From the NCBI RefSeq assembly GCF_009914755.1, contig NC_060935.1: DNA of 64,000 bases; one strand, 5' to 3'. This document shows positions 1-13,291 of the stretch, in pieces (positions within the stretch are counted from its first letter, which is position 1; every line of letters starts with the position of its first letter). This DNA comes from the human T2T-CHM13v2.0 reference genome, Homo sapiens. The notes below the pieces were generated by a model. That model ran no database searches, had not been told where the DNA came from, and saw nothing but the letters and a program-made list of their open reading frames with translations. A program made the position numbers and the translations under genes.

Positions 1-2126
1 TGACTGATCTCACTGATTTCACACAAAGCACTTCTTTCTAGTTAAGTGTATCTGGGTGAATTATGTATTCATGGTCACATGAAATATTCAACTGACAGAG
101 ACACCAGAGATTATGGAATTCAACCTTTTATTTTGCAAATAAGGAAATGAAAATTTCACACAAGCAACCTGACTCATGGTCATGCAGCTATTTGGTGGCA
201 GAGCTTTAGACTGACTATCATGCCATGGTGGCCACCTGTGCCATGCTAAAAATAACCTCAATAAAAATAATAATGAGATTTCACTTAGGGTAGAATTGAC
301 CCCAACTTAAACTAGATGAATATTCACTGACATTTCCGGGTTCCAAAGTGGATTTATGGTCAAAAGAATCTATGTGTCTCCATTTGAAGTTTCTCTGAAA
401 GTCCCTGGTGCCCCCACTAAAAACATATGCAAACACTTGAGTTACCTAGAGTCTGTCAACATGTGACATGCCACGATTAAAATAGCATTACTTTAGCTTA
501 AGGTTTTATCCATTGTTACATTTGGAATACAACTACACCTGTGAGATAATGTTGCCAGTCGGTCAACACTTGAATAACTCTTCAAAGTAAAAGAACTTCT
601 TTATCTATAAAGAGCTAGTTGTTAATTCATTGACTTCTTTGATAATGCATTTAAAGAGTTCCTGCTCTTATAAGACAGGGCTAAGAATTAGAAATGAGTA
701 AGACGGGACTTCTGTTTTCACAGATTTCACAGTCTATCAGGTGAGAGAATGATTTAATAGGATGTGATGCGTCATAGCAGTTTTGTAAAAACACAGTCTT
801 GTAGCTGCAGAGGGCTGGAAACTAATTTTATTTAATGAAAATGGGGTAGAAAAGAATTAGGGAAGTCTCTTAGAGCAATCCACAGAAGGCATTGATGGGA
901 GGATATTAGAAAAATTATGAGGGTATTCTATATCTAAGGGGAATGAGGAGAAGACAGTGAGAAAGAGGAGAATCAAAAGCCAGATATCTGGCTTACTTAA
1001 AGCCTGACTTTCTCAATTGCCATTTGATCAAGTCCAGCTAGACCTAAGACAATTTAGATGAGTTGAAAAAAATATATAGACCTTTTACTGTATCACATTC
1101 CAGAGTGAACACAAAACTAACATGATGCATCAATACACAGGGCTGAACAACTGAAACGACTCATGAGACTCCACAGAGTACAGTCTTAATAAAGTAAAGG
1201 ATACTCTAAAGTAGGTGGGGGGAAAGCACAGAAAACCTCAGAAAAGTCCAAGACCTTCAGACCCAGCTTCCAGGATCATTTCTCAATTGATTAGGATGCG
1301 ATTTTAATCTGAATCATGAACTACTAAGATATATACAAGAAAACTTGAGCTCTGGAGAATCACAGTCTTGTCCAAGGAGTGGTCTTTCATATCTGTCTGG
1401 TCTCATAACCAAAACTGGGCTGCATGACAAAAGCGAACAGAAGAAACGAAGAGAACATAGTAGAAACTAGGTAAAAAACACCAATCTGGAATTTTTTGTT
1501 GTTTTTTTAATGAACAAAGCTAATAAACTACTACAGATCTCTCACTTGGCCTGTCTCAGGTCCTAGCACAGGAATATTTGTCACCAGTTAGTTGAGCTTA
1601 TTCTGATTTGGCTAAGGTTCCAGCAGTGTCTCCAGGAATCTCTGGAAATAAGTCAGTCCTCCCTCCAGACAACAATGGCTCCAAGCATCCCTGGAAATAA
1701 ACATAGGATTGCAGTAGACCAGCTAAGATTAATCTTGTATTTATGTATATAACAGCGCTTCCTCAAACCAGAAGAAGACAATTAAGAATTAAACAGTTAA
1801 AACAAAGACAGAAACAGTATATTTGGCTCCATTTCCACTCTTCATCCCTACCTTCCCCCCCATTCAAATATTTCCCTTTCAGCCTTTATCGGGACTCAGA
1901 ATGTGTCTGAAATCTTCTTGAACTCCAGCTTCAATTGAGACTGATTCCTGCTCTTTCTCCTGGAGCCAGAGTTAGTTGTGAGAATCACCAATACCCAACT
2001 CATGGCTGACTACTCTTATGTCTGTTGCTGGAGTTAGTGAGTTCTCTCTCCAGCCTCAATAACTGTGCTGCTCCCAGGTGCAAACGGGATGTAACTGTTT
2101 CTGTCCCTGCTACAGATGAAACCTTT

Positions 2127-3615
2127 TGAGAGGTGACAGCATGCTGGCAGCCCTCACAGCCCTCACTCGCTCTCAGCGCCTCCTCAGCCTCGGTGTCTGC
2201 TCTGGCCATGCTCTAGGAGCCCTTCAGCCCGCCACTGCGCTGTGGGGGCCCCTCTCTGGGCTGGCCGAGGCCAGAGCCAGCTCCCTCTGCTTAAGGGGAG
2301 GTGTGGAGGGGGAGGTGTGGAGGGAGAGGCGCGGGCGGGAACCCAGGCTGCGTGCAGCAATCGTGGGCCAGCACGAGTTCTGGGTGGGCGTGGGCTTGGC
2401 GGCCCCGCACTTGGAGAAGCCGGCCATCTCCGCCAGCCCCCGGCAGTGAGGGGCTTAGCACCTGGGCCAGCAGCTGCGGAGGGTGCTCTGGGTCCCCCAG
2501 CAATGCCAGCCTGCCAGCACTGTGCTCCAATTCTTGCTGGGCCTCAGCTGCCTCCTTGCAGGGCAGGGCTCGGGACCTGCAGCCCGCCAGGCCAGAGCCT
2601 CCCCCACAGTGGGCTCCTGCCGGGCCGAGCCTCCCCGATGAGCACCGCCCCCTGCTCTAAGGCGCCCACTCCCATGACTGCCTAAGGGCTGACTAGTGCT
2701 GGCACATGGCGCTGGACTGGCAGGCAGCTCCACCTGCAGCCCCCTGTGGGATCCACTAGGTAAAGCCAGCTGGGCTCCTGAGTCTAGTGGGGACTTGGAG
2801 AACCTTTATGTAAGACTAGGGGATTGTGAATGCATCAATCAGCACTCTGTGTCTAGCTCAAGGTTTGTAAATGCACCAATCAATGTTCTGTGTCTGGCTA
2901 ATCTAGTGGGGACTTGGAGAACCTTTATGTCTAGCTGAGGGATTGTAAATACACCAATCAGCACTCTGTGTGCAGCTCAAGATTTATAAACACACCAATC
3001 AGCACCCTGTGTCTAGCTCAAGGTTTGTAAATGCACCAATCAGTGCTCTGTGTCTAGCTAATCTAGTGGGGACTTGGAGAACTTTTGTGTCTAGCTCAGG
3101 GATTGTAAATGCACCAATCAGTGCCCTGCCAAAATGGACCAATCAGCTCTCTGTAAAATGGACCAATCAGCAGGATGTGGGTGGGGCCAGATAAGGGAGT
3201 AAAAGCAGGCTGCCAGAGCCAGCAGTGGCAACCCACTGCCGCTGGGTCCCCTTCCCCACTGTGGAAGATTTGTTCTTTTGCTCTTTGCAATAAATTTGCT
3301 GCTGCTCACTCTTAGGGTCCATGCCACCTTTATGAGCTGTAACACTCACCGGGAAGGTCTGCAGCTTCACTTGTGAAGCCAGCGAGACCACGAACCCACC
3401 AGGAGGGACGAACAACTCCCGAAACGCGCCTTTAAGAGCTGTAACACTCACCGCAAAGGTCTGCAGCTTCACTCCTGAAGCCAGTGAGACCACGAACCCA
3501 CCAGAAGGAAGAAACTCTGGACACACCATCTTTAAGAACTGTAACACTCGCCGCAAGGGTCCGCAGCTTCATACTTGAAGTCAGTGAGACCAAGAACCCA
3601 CCACTTCCAGACACA
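2127..3615 (+). mobile_element. Solo LTR12 (LTR12C-like, ERV9/HERV9 LTR)
   Basis: Starts TGAGAGGTGACAGC and ends ...CCAGACACA. Perfect 4-bp TSD CTTT (2123-2126 / 3616-3619). GC-rich U3, tandem CCAAT-containing repeats, AATAAA near 3289, and U5 tandem repeats (GCTGTAACACTCACCGC...GAGACCACGAACCCACC). Confidence 0.93.
2830..3205 (+). promoter_or_regulatory. LTR12 U3 enhancer/promoter: array of CCAAT (NF-Y) boxes followed by GC/GT box and GATA/TATA-like element
   Basis: About seven (C/G)ACCAATCA(G/A) copies between ~2873 and ~3170, then GTGGGTGGGG and AGATAAGGGAGTAAAA. This is the established ERV9 LTR promoter architecture. Confidence 0.7.
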
Positions 3616-5335
3616 CTTTTGATCTTTTGCAATGGTTAAGACTGGACACTCTGAGCCTCGCCTGCTCGTGTGGCATTGGCCTCATACCAAGCTTTGGAGC
3701 CTACTTGCATAAATTGCTTTCTACCCAGATTGCAGGATTTGCATGGTAAACTCTCCAGCAGTAGAAATGGAAAGGACTTTGAGTCAAGGGAGGAACACAG
3801 AGCAGGCAGCACAAAGACACACATATCCAGAGATATCTCGGGGATATTTTGCAAGCCTTCTCCTGAGGGCTGTTGATGGACTTGAATCCATTAAAATTGC
3901 TGCTTCTCTAAAAGCTTGACTCACTGTCCTAGAAACAATGTATATCAGGGTGGACTACAACTAGGATTTGGATGACAGTTTAACAATTCAGGTCCTGACT
4001 TGAAAAACCACTATAGCACTCCAGCACGTCTTTTTTCCCACCACAAAAACAATAATGCTTGGAAGTTCATAAGCAAGTAAGCTGAGTTTTTGATTCAGCA
4101 ATATAGTCAGGACTCATTAAATAAGGGTGGGAATTATCCCTATGCCAAGGAGCCAAATGCTACTTGAATGTAAACATGACTTGGGAACACAGAAGGTGAA
4201 TCTCATGTACAACAGGATGCAGAACTGAGAAGCAAACCTCAAGGAGGGCCTTGCAAGTGTTAATGAGTGAATGCCATCCCCACCACAGCCAGCCTGAGTG
4301 CATGTTGGAGACCGCATGCCCCAGGTTTCCTCCCACACAGCACAGAAAGGAATGGTCAGAGTTACGCAGTGATTTACATTCACCCTCTGATCGGGAAGCC
4401 CAGAAAACATGGACTAAATCCCAATACAGTGGAGTTAGAGATAAATATCTAGGGCTGCTTTCCTCTTTATTTCATTTCCTGCTCATAGCAAAGAATCTGG
4501 TCATGGAGAGGGAAGCCTAATTCTAACAAATCTACTCTTAAACAAAACTATTTCGCAGCCCAGGGTTTTTGCAGGGACGATAATGTTTTCAGCCAGACTC
4601 TGCCCAGCAATTCCAGAATCATCAGGGATAAGCTCGCAATTCAATAAAAGGCTACAGAAGCAAACTAGGCATGGATGTCACTCCACAAGAATACACAAAG
4701 ATTGATCATGGCAAGAGTGTGATGAACAAAAACAGTCCTCATATCTAGATTTACAGCCTTCTCTTCTCAGCTCCCCAGTCCAGGCAAAACATTTAGCCGT
4801 GGTCAATTTAATGCTATGCCTCCTTTTTCTGTCTCCAAAAAAGAAAGGTCAGAAGTGGGATGAACAGACCCTTGCAAGAAAATCGGAGTGGAAAATAAAC
4901 CGCCCTCTCCGGGGAGCTGAAACCAGAAAATGTATGACATCTGAGCAGCTCATCAGATGGAGGGGAGAAATACCAAAAGACAAGAGAGATCAGGGAAGGC
5001 ATGGGCAGAAATGAGAAGAAAAATTTTTCTAAAGTAGAAAAGTGAGTGGCTCCTGTAAGTTGCGAGTGCTAGAAAATAACAGAGGACAGGTGGAAAATAG
5101 GCACTTTGAATTTGCACTTAATAGGCTTTTGGTAAATGTAAAAAACAGTTTCTTCCTTTGAAAATGTTTTTAAAAAGCAAGATATTCACCAAAGACATAT
5201 GAATGCCCATTAACAGATCAAAATGTGTTGAAACAAAATTGTGATTAAAAAGGCATCGTATTGACTCTACCAAAATGGCGAGTGGCAGCAGGGGACACAC
5301 AGAGATGCTGCTGTCCCTGCAGTTCTCAATCCCAG

Positions 5336-5352
5336 TCCCAAGAGGTTCATTA
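5336..5352 (-). promoter_or_regulatory. Candidate homeodomain(Lhx2)/Ebf composite motif
   Basis: Minus strand reads TAATGA-A-CCTCTTGGGA: a homeodomain core, one base, then an Ebf/O-E-like site. It lies in apparently non-repetitive sequence with further TAAT cores nearby. Function is inferred only. Confidence 0.35.
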
Positions 5353-6889
5353 CGCTAACGGAACTTCTGTGCTGCGTGACTGCATGGCTAATTTGCAGCC
5401 GCTATCCCTCCAGCTAAAAAATGTCTAGACAGGGAGGCTCCTGACACAAATAGAGACATTAATGATTAACATGAAATTCATCTTTACATCAGTAGCAGGA
5501 TAATGGAAGTTTATAGGAATAAAAGGCCCGTTGTCATTTGGCAGTTTGTGAGGATGAGCACATCATATTTTAAGGTTTAGGGTCTTTAGACACATACTCC
5601 CTTAGTATACTAAGGACCTGGAGGCAATCTTGCCAGACTTCCTCTGCAGGCATCTTTAATTTTCTTGTATCATAAATTTTTATCTTACATTCTATACAAG
5701 GGGGAATCACTGAGCTGATGAGTGAGCCTAACCATTTGCCCGTAAGTATGAGGCTTTGTTGTTTTATATTCAGTGTGAATATGATAACTCACATAACCTC
5801 TCTTATGAACCTCTCTTTTTCTCTTTTTGGGTGGGGGGGGTGATTTTTTAAATGGCCTTGAAAAGAAAGCCAACTTCTGGTATTGGAGATGGAAGCAAAG
5901 AATAATAAAGAGTAAAAGTAATCGTTCTCAGATTGAAAACAAAAGATTTGCTGTAATGTAAAAATGGAAAATCAAATTTAGTAAAAGCTTATATCTACAA
6001 GTTGAATAAATTCAAATGCTGCTTACACAGAAATAGGAGAAAAATTTAATAGAACTATTTCAGGAGCATTGCCAACGCTGAAAAAGCTACTTGTCAAGTG
6101 AGAGATACAACAGTAGTGAAATCTGAAAAGGTGATTTACTTTTCATGCCAGGATTAGCACAGGAAAACAAATGGTTCTTAGTAGAAATGTACTTCAGGAC
6201 AAAGTCAGAAACTTGGCAATACACATTCTTAAATTACACATAGTAAAATGTTCTAGTGAGCTTGTCTAATCCAAGTTTACTATTGAGTAGAAGTTTACCA
6301 CTGAGTTGGTAAGAGAATTTTAAGGGCTGTTTTCCCTGCTTCATATAATCAAACAAAGAACATTGACTGACTTTCCTGATTTATCAGATATTTTTGTTTT
6401 TATGTTTTTCCTGAACTGAAAAGCCAAAGTGGCCCATTGCAGAGGAGGTTAGAAACCAAAATAAATGATCAACACAGACAGCATATATCTACAGTAGATG
6501 AAAGTGCTTTGGCACACAAATATCCCCAAGACAGATGAGCTTCTGGGTTAAAGCAGGTAAAAAGTGACTCATCTTCTTTAGGACAATGCTGAAGTCTTCA
6601 TTTTAAGCTGGACTTGTTTCACCATTTAGGAAAACCCCCATGATGCCAAGAGAGAACAATAAGAACTTAGTGAGGGTATATTGACAGTATAAAAAAAGGA
6701 AAGAATAATAATGCCAGTATTTTTTCATGTATTAAAACATGTATCCCAGATAAAACATGTGTCCCAGAATTTAAAGTAAAATAAATAAATAAAATTAAAT
6801 AAAAATGCTTCAACAATGCCACATGAAATAAATTTTAATAGTCTTCTTTATTTTAGTAACTTTATCCATTACTTTAGTCTTATATTTAT

Positions 6890-8180
6890 AGAAATGTTAA
6901 TGCCCAAAGAACCAACTGAAAAGTAGAGAACAGAAAGTTCTCAGAAAAAGAAATGTAACTGCAGCCCTAAACTTATGAAAAGATACTCATCCCTCTCATA
7001 CAATGAAAATTAAGACTACACAGAAATAGCATTTCTCACCTATTTGGTAAAAATTCAAAAGCTTAATAATACACCAGCTTCTGGGGAAACTGTAGAGAAA
7101 CAGGCACTCTCTCACATTGCTATAATGAATGTGCAGTATGTTTCAACTTCTAAGGAATGCAATTGTGTAATATCTATCAAAATTATAAATGCGAAATATC
7201 CATTGTTCTTTATCCATTGACAGATGAGTAGATAAAGAAAATGTGGTATATACGTACAACAGAATATTAGTCAGCCTTAAGAAAGAGAGAAATTCTGCCA
7301 TTTGTGGCAACATGGTTATACATTAAGTAAAATAAGTCAGATACAGAAAAACACTGTATGATTTCACTTATATGTGGAATCTAAAATAGTCAAACTCATA
7401 GAAGCAGAGGGTAGAATGGTGGTTGCCAAGAGCTGGGGAGAGGGGAGAATGAGGAGTGATGGTTAAAGGGACAAAGTTTCAGTTATGCAGGAGAATTTAA
7501 TACCTGAGATCCAACATATAGCATAGTGCCTATAGCAAGCAATACTGTATTGTATACTTTAAAATGCTAAGGGGGTAGATTTTACATTATGTTATTATTT
7601 TATCTTACCACAAAATAATAATAATAAAGAGAGCAGAAGGAAACTTTGGGAGGTGATGGATATAATTATGGCCTGGATGATTGCGATGGTTTCATTGATG
7701 TGTGCTTTTATTCCAAAACCTATTGAGATGAATACATTAAATATATACAACTTTCCATATGGCAATAATGCCTTGAGAAATGGTTTAAAAAATGCAAATG
7801 CATTTACATTTTGACTTGTATCTAGTAGTATCTTACTACTAGGACTTTATCTGATAGATATTCCTGCATATGTTCAAAATGACTTTTGTTAGTTATTCAC
7901 TGCAGCATTGTTTAAAGGAGAAAAAATTAGAAAGCTCCCAAATGTGCATTCATAAGAGACTGGTAGACGGATTGCAATTAAAAATGAATGAAGGAGCTCT
8001 CTGCCTATTGATCTGGATAGAAACCCAGGATATATTAATAAAAGCAAAGCAAAGGATTATGAGCATACTGTGTTACCTTTATATAAGAAAGAGATGGAGT
8101 GGGGACCAACAACTAAATTCATGCCTATATTTACATTAAAGAAACACTGGACAGATACTAAAGGAAGTAATAGAAGTTGT
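6890..8180 (+). mobile_element. Old L1M (L1ME-like) fragment interrupted by a younger L1MA/L1MB 3' end (~7200-7790)
   Basis: Degenerate L1 ORF2-end/3'UTR motifs (AAAGATACTCA..., GTAGAGAAACAGGCACTCTC) flank a better-preserved L1 3' UTR (GATAAAGAAAATGTGGTATATAC...GAAACTTTGGGAGGTGATGGATAT). Boundaries approximate. Confidence 0.6.
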
Positions 8181-8508
8181 TGCTGGGACAGTCAGGCGAG
8201 AAGGACTCCCTGGCAGAGCTTCCAATCAGCCTGCGTACTAGGAGGAATGTACAATGGGATATAGTCACAGAAGTTTGCACCATTTGCAGCCCCTCATCTT
8301 CCTGTGTGGAACCTGGGATTCAAGCTGACAGGCAGGAAGCACACTAGCAGTAACTCTGGCCTTGCAGAGATTCTCTGTTCCCCTTTTTTTCCTTTTCCCC
8401 CAGTGAAACCCTACCTCACTCACCCTTAAAATCATCTGCAAGCCTAAATTTTCTTGGCTGTGGGACAAGACCCCATCTTTAGCTGAACTAAGGAAAAGTA
8501 CTACATCA
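8181..8508 (+). mobile_element. Solo ERV1 LTR, MER61-like
   Basis: TG...CA termini. Ends with the characteristic ...CCCCATCTTTAGCTGAACTAAGGAAAAGT..CA, and internal sequence resembles the MER61 family. Confidence 0.6.
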
Positions 8509-8989
8509 TTTTCAATATGAGATTTGGGGGATGGGATAGAGTAGATAGGAATAGAGGTAGGGTAGAAATGAGGTTTATACAAGTCTATAGTATTTACCTG
8601 TCTGAATATATATCTTTTAAAGTAAATAAATGAAAGCCTAAAAAAAGGTCAATTAAATTTTTTAGTAAGTTACTAAAAGAGAAAGTGCCATTTATGAGAG
8701 AAATTATGGGGGGACATGATGCAGAAATTTTTTTGTGGAGGTCCCACTGATATTTAAGTGGACAAGGTCCATGGATGGATCTGAAGGTGTCTATTGAACC
8801 TTGAAATTGAATACAAAGTGTTAGCTCTCTTCCCATATGTGCATATCTCCAGGGGAATTATCTATAGTTCTCATCAGATTATCAAAGAACCCCATAATGC
8901 AAAACAAGTTACAAAACTAAAAATTTAGGAAAGTCTCTAGACTTACTTTTCCTGAATATCAAGATACTGTATGACTTGGTTGTTATAAA

Positions 8990-9210
8990 TATAAGATCTG
9001 GATTCAAGAGACCTGGGATTACCATCAAACTTCACCGCTTACTAGTCGTGTGTCCCTGGGCAATTTATTCAAACTTTCTGGCCTCGCTTTTCTTATCTGC
9101 TATAGAAAGAAAACAGTAATATCTACTTAACATGATACTGTAAGGATTAAACTAAATAATGCATGTAAAGTGCTTAGCAAAATGCCAGACATGTAAGCAC
9201 TCAAAAAATA
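8990..9210 (+). mobile_element. MIR SINE (one of many MIR remnants in the window, e.g. ~33350-33480, 43830-44065, 46310-46550, 49740-49920, 50380-50580, 58260-58450, 63160-63360)
   Basis: MIR core and tail motifs (CTGGGCAA...CTTTTCTTATCTG...AAGGATTAAA...ATGCATGTAAAGTGCTTAGCA). Confidence 0.7.
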
Positions 9211-9409
9211 GAGCCTACTATAATCATTCAACTTAATATCAGTACTGTGCTTACATAGCAAGTTTTGAAAGAGGTCAGATAATGCACTGAGTTTTGGACC
9301 TGTTAAATTTGAGATGCCTGGAGATACCTAAGTGGTATCTCCAGCTGAGAGCTGGATTTAAAGGCCTGGGATGCTAAAAAGTGCTCAGCCATGTTATTAC
9401 ATTTTTGTT

Positions 9410-10520
9410 TTGTCTACACTCACCCTCTTGATGATCTCATCTAGTTTCATGCCTTTCAAAACCATCTATGTGCTGATGATTTACAAGTTTATATGTCCAG
9501 CTCAGACTTGTCCCTTAAAGTCAGACTCCAAATACCTACTCAACAAATAATTATTGGATGTTTTATAGGCATCTCAAAATTAATATGTGCAAAAACCAAC
9601 TTCTAATCTTTCCCTTAACCTAACGCACCTAAAGCCTTCCACATCTTAATAGTGATTCCATTTTTCTAGTTAATCCACAAATTTTGAAGACATCCTTGAT
9701 TTTCCTATTTTTCTTCTACCCCACATCCAATCCATGCTATTGAGTGGTTCTACTACAAAATATATCCATATCTAATTATTTCTCCCACTCTCTCTTGCTG
9801 CTACCCAATCCCAAGCTACTAATATCTCTCTCACTAGAATTATTGTGACAGTAACCTAACTGGTTTATCTGCTTCTACTTTTCTCCTAGAATAGTAGAGA
9901 GAATCAATTCTCAGCACAGCAAACAAATGATTCTTGAAATCAGACCAGGTCCTTCCTGTGCTCAAGGGCTCAAGGGCTCCCATCTCACCTGGGAAACAAC
10001 CAAGAGCCTTTTCCATGATCAAGGCCCTACTCCTTTATTTCTTTAGCCTCATTTACAGATTTTCTCCTCACCAGACAGTACCCTCCAGCTCTAGTAATCT
10101 CCGTCCTGTGCTTCTAACATATACCAGAAACAGTACTACCTTCTCACTGGAATTCTCTTCTTTCAGATATCCAACCACGTGGCTCGCTTCTTTACCTTCT
10201 TCAAGTTTTTGCTCAAATGTCATCTCAGTGAGATATTCTCTGTTCAAACCAATTTAAATTGCACTCCCCACTCTACCTGTATCCTCCTTCCTCCTTTATT
10301 TCTTTCTATATTTATCACTAATGTGCTGCATAGTTTATTTAGTTATGTTATTTATTATCTGAAATCCCTTCCGGAATAGAAGCTCCAGAAAGTTGGATAA
10401 TTTTGTCTGTTGTTTTTTTTTTTTTTTCCTTCTCACTCCTCCCTCCAGCCCCATTGTTTTTCCCTCAGTGCCTAGAATAGTGCCTGGCACATGGTAGGTA
10501 TTCAGTAAATATCCATTTAT
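9410..10520 (-). mobile_element. L2 LINE fragment
   Basis: Typical L2 motifs (ACCATCTATGTGCTGATGA, GGCATCTCAAAATTAATATGT) and the 3' terminus GTGCCTAGAATAGTGCCTGGCACATGGTAGGTATTCAGTAAATAT. Boundaries and orientation assigned from memory of the consensus. Confidence 0.65.
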
Positions 10521-11979
10521 ATTTTTAATTGCTTTAACTAATTTCTTGTAGTGTACTCATTCTTCCTCTGAACTTGGAATAAATTTTGCTGGGATAGGTT
10601 AAGAGACTGAGATTCTTAACTCTGAGTCAACCCCAAATGTTCCTTTCCAATCAATATCCACTCACTGTCCAGGAGCCAGAGTACCTCATGGCTTGTCTAA
10701 CTCAGAGAGGTCACTTCACCTATAAAGAGAACATCTTGCAAAGTTGGATGGTGGGTAGGAGAGAATGGTTATGGTATTTTCTTCAGGAGTCTGAGTCCCT
10801 GATCTTTGAAGCCTCCTCAAGATTCCTCTTAGTGATGTTAATCAAATCCTCTTAGCAGAACTCCTGGCCATTCCCCCTAAATTCATTGACTAATCAAAAG
10901 AATTTTCATCACTTCTTCTCCCTTCCAACTCTTAACTCAGCATAAGCTAATTTGGACAGAGATATTATAAGGTGGAGTGGTGGATAGAAGGTACTCTCTT
11001 AAGCCTAACAGTAGGAAAAATCTGAGGTCTAGTTTGCTTTAAACACCTAGCTATATTGACCTGTCTATGAACTAACGTGGCAGATATCTGAGCCTTTCAA
11101 AACTTTCTGCACCTCTTCTTGTAACACAAGCTATCATCACCAGCTGAACCAAAGCGAGAACTTGGAGACAGGGAAGAACACAGTTCTTGTTCTCCTGACT
11201 GTGCTTAAAGAAGAGGGCAGGGCATCACCAGCTAAGGAAGCCAGTAAGGTGAGACTCAACTAGGTTGACAATAAAGTTACCATAAGAGCCAGGGAAGCCA
11301 GAGGGCTCTCATGTAAATCCAAGAGACTTCTCCTATTCCATTCACCATAAATTCTCCTAAAGTCCCTTCCTCATATCTCTAGAGGCCAATCTAGAGAGGT
11401 GTGTGGAGAAGAGGCATCTGAAATACAGGGTTTTTGAGATCAGCAGTGCAATTGCATTTAACAAACTGAACTCAGTGTAGTAGCCCCTGCTACTCAGCAT
11501 TATATGGGCTCATAATAAAGATGCAATTAATTATAGAAAAAAATTAGAAGTACAGATTATTTGCATATCTAAGTATAATACGCATGAGTTTCCCTCCCTG
11601 TTACATTTGTAGTTTGCAGTCTAATACCAACAGCCTGTATTTCTCAGGGGGATCCTGATGGATCTTCTGTCCGGGTCTACTTTAGCCAGGCTAGCTTCTC
11701 CATCCCTGAGGGTTGGTGAATTGTCCTGGCTTTAGTTCTTTTACTCATCCAATCATTCATTCATTTTTCTTCCAGTCATTAAAATAAATGGGGGCAATTG
11801 AGACAAAGTGAGAAGAGTCCACTTAGAGACAGAAGTGCTGGTGCCAGCCCTCACAACCACCAACTGTTACCTCTTCTGTGACTTTGAGAAATCCCTTATC
11901 TGTGAAACAGCAATAATATAACCAGCCTCAAACTACTGGGATTTGTTTTAAATAAGATAATAAATATGAAAGATTCTAG

Positions 11980-12240
11980 TTTGAGATCAGCCTGGGCAAC
12001 ATGGTAAGGCCTCTGTCTCTATAAAAGAGAGAGAGAGAGAAGAAGAGAAGAGAAGAGGAGACAGAAAAGGAAAAGGAGGGAAGAGAGGGAGGGAGGGAGG
12101 AAGGGAGGAAGGAAGGAAGGAAAGAAAAAGGAAGGAAGGAAAAAAGGAAGAAAGGAAAAAGGAAGGAAAAAAGGAAGGAAGGAGAGGGAGAAGGGAAAGG
12201 AGGGAGGGAGGAAAGAAGGAAAGAGAGAGAAAGAAAGATC
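11980..12240 (+). repeat. 5'-truncated Alu monomer fragment followed by ~210 bp almost pure purine (GA/GGAA) tract
   Basis: GTTTGAGATCAGCCTGGGCAACATGGTAAGG...TCTCTATAAAA, then a GA-rich low-complexity run. Possible TSD GAAAGAT(T)CT. Confidence 0.75.
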
Positions 12241-12960
12241 TGTATTTCAAAGACCTTTGTAAACTTAAGGCATTGTTATTATAAATACTAAAAAATAACC
12301 ACCAACTCATTGACCACTACATGCCAATGAAGAGTGCAAACTTGAACAAGACACATTCCCAGACTTGAACATTTTATAATCCAATGGAGTAGTGCCTCAG
12401 GCACAACCGATTTTTCTGTCTGGGTTCTCCTCTGGCTTATCAGAAATCAGTTTATTTCAGGCTGGGAAAGTTTAGGCAGGAAAATCATAAGGTTTGGCTT
12501 CAATACCTTTTCCTGAAATGAGTCACTTGATCATCTACAATTCCCTGATCCATGAAAGCGGCACCTGCACAGAGCTATTTCCTCATGTGCCAGGTGAACA
12601 AGAAATAGAACACAGACAGATACACACACTGCCAGACAAGGTTAGGGATGAAATGAATCTTGCAGAGAGCATATGCCTCTCCAAACTCACACCTTAGAAA
12701 TTTCTGTTATGCTCCAAAGTACAAAGCAGAATATTTTAAAATTCCCTTGTATGGCGTTTATAATATTGTACATAAATCTCCCCGCTCATTTCCTTCATTA
12801 TGCCACTCTATATATGTCTGGTGGGAAATTAAAGTAATCAAACAAATAATGAACACTTCAAAATTTGCTACTCAGGGGCCGGGAATCAGCCAGAGAAGCT
12901 ACTGATATTAGGCAAAATGGATAGAAAATAGTTCACCTCTCCACCTCATTTTGTTGAAAA

Positions 12961-12962
<2 letters not shown>

Positions 12963-12993
<31 letters not shown>
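12963..12993. repeat. (AC)n microsatellite
   Basis: Direct read of about 15 AC units. Confidence 0.95.
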
Positions 12994-12996
<3 letters not shown>

Positions 12997-13262
12997 TCAT
13001 GTATTTACATATAATTTAAGATTATTATAATATACATTTTAAATTAAGCATGAGAACATGTCTCTCAGAGGCCCCATTGTGCTTGGGCATAGAGAAAGGG
13101 AGTTCAAAGGAAGTAATATGTGAATTAGGGAGAACTTAACTTACATCACTGTACACATGAAACATGTTATGTTCAGGGGTTTAACTCCCTTATGTCATTC
13201 TAAATATTTGTCTAGAAAACCAGAAAAAAAAAGCTGCTAAAAAATATTTGCAAAAATTTAAA

Positions 13263-13291
13263 TGTGTGTGAGTGTGTGTGTGTGCGTGTGC
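13263..13291. repeat. Imperfect (TG)n microsatellite
   Basis: Direct read. Confidence 0.85.

Noticed and set aside
2830-3600. Regularly spaced direct repeats superficially like a CRISPR array
   Set aside because: These are the internal U3/U5 tandem repeats of LTR12 in primate DNA. There are no unique spacers and no cas genes.
2000-3632. Cluster of overlapping 60-147 aa ORFs on both strands
   Set aside because: All lie in the GC-rich LTR12 and its tandem repeats, with no protein-family motifs.
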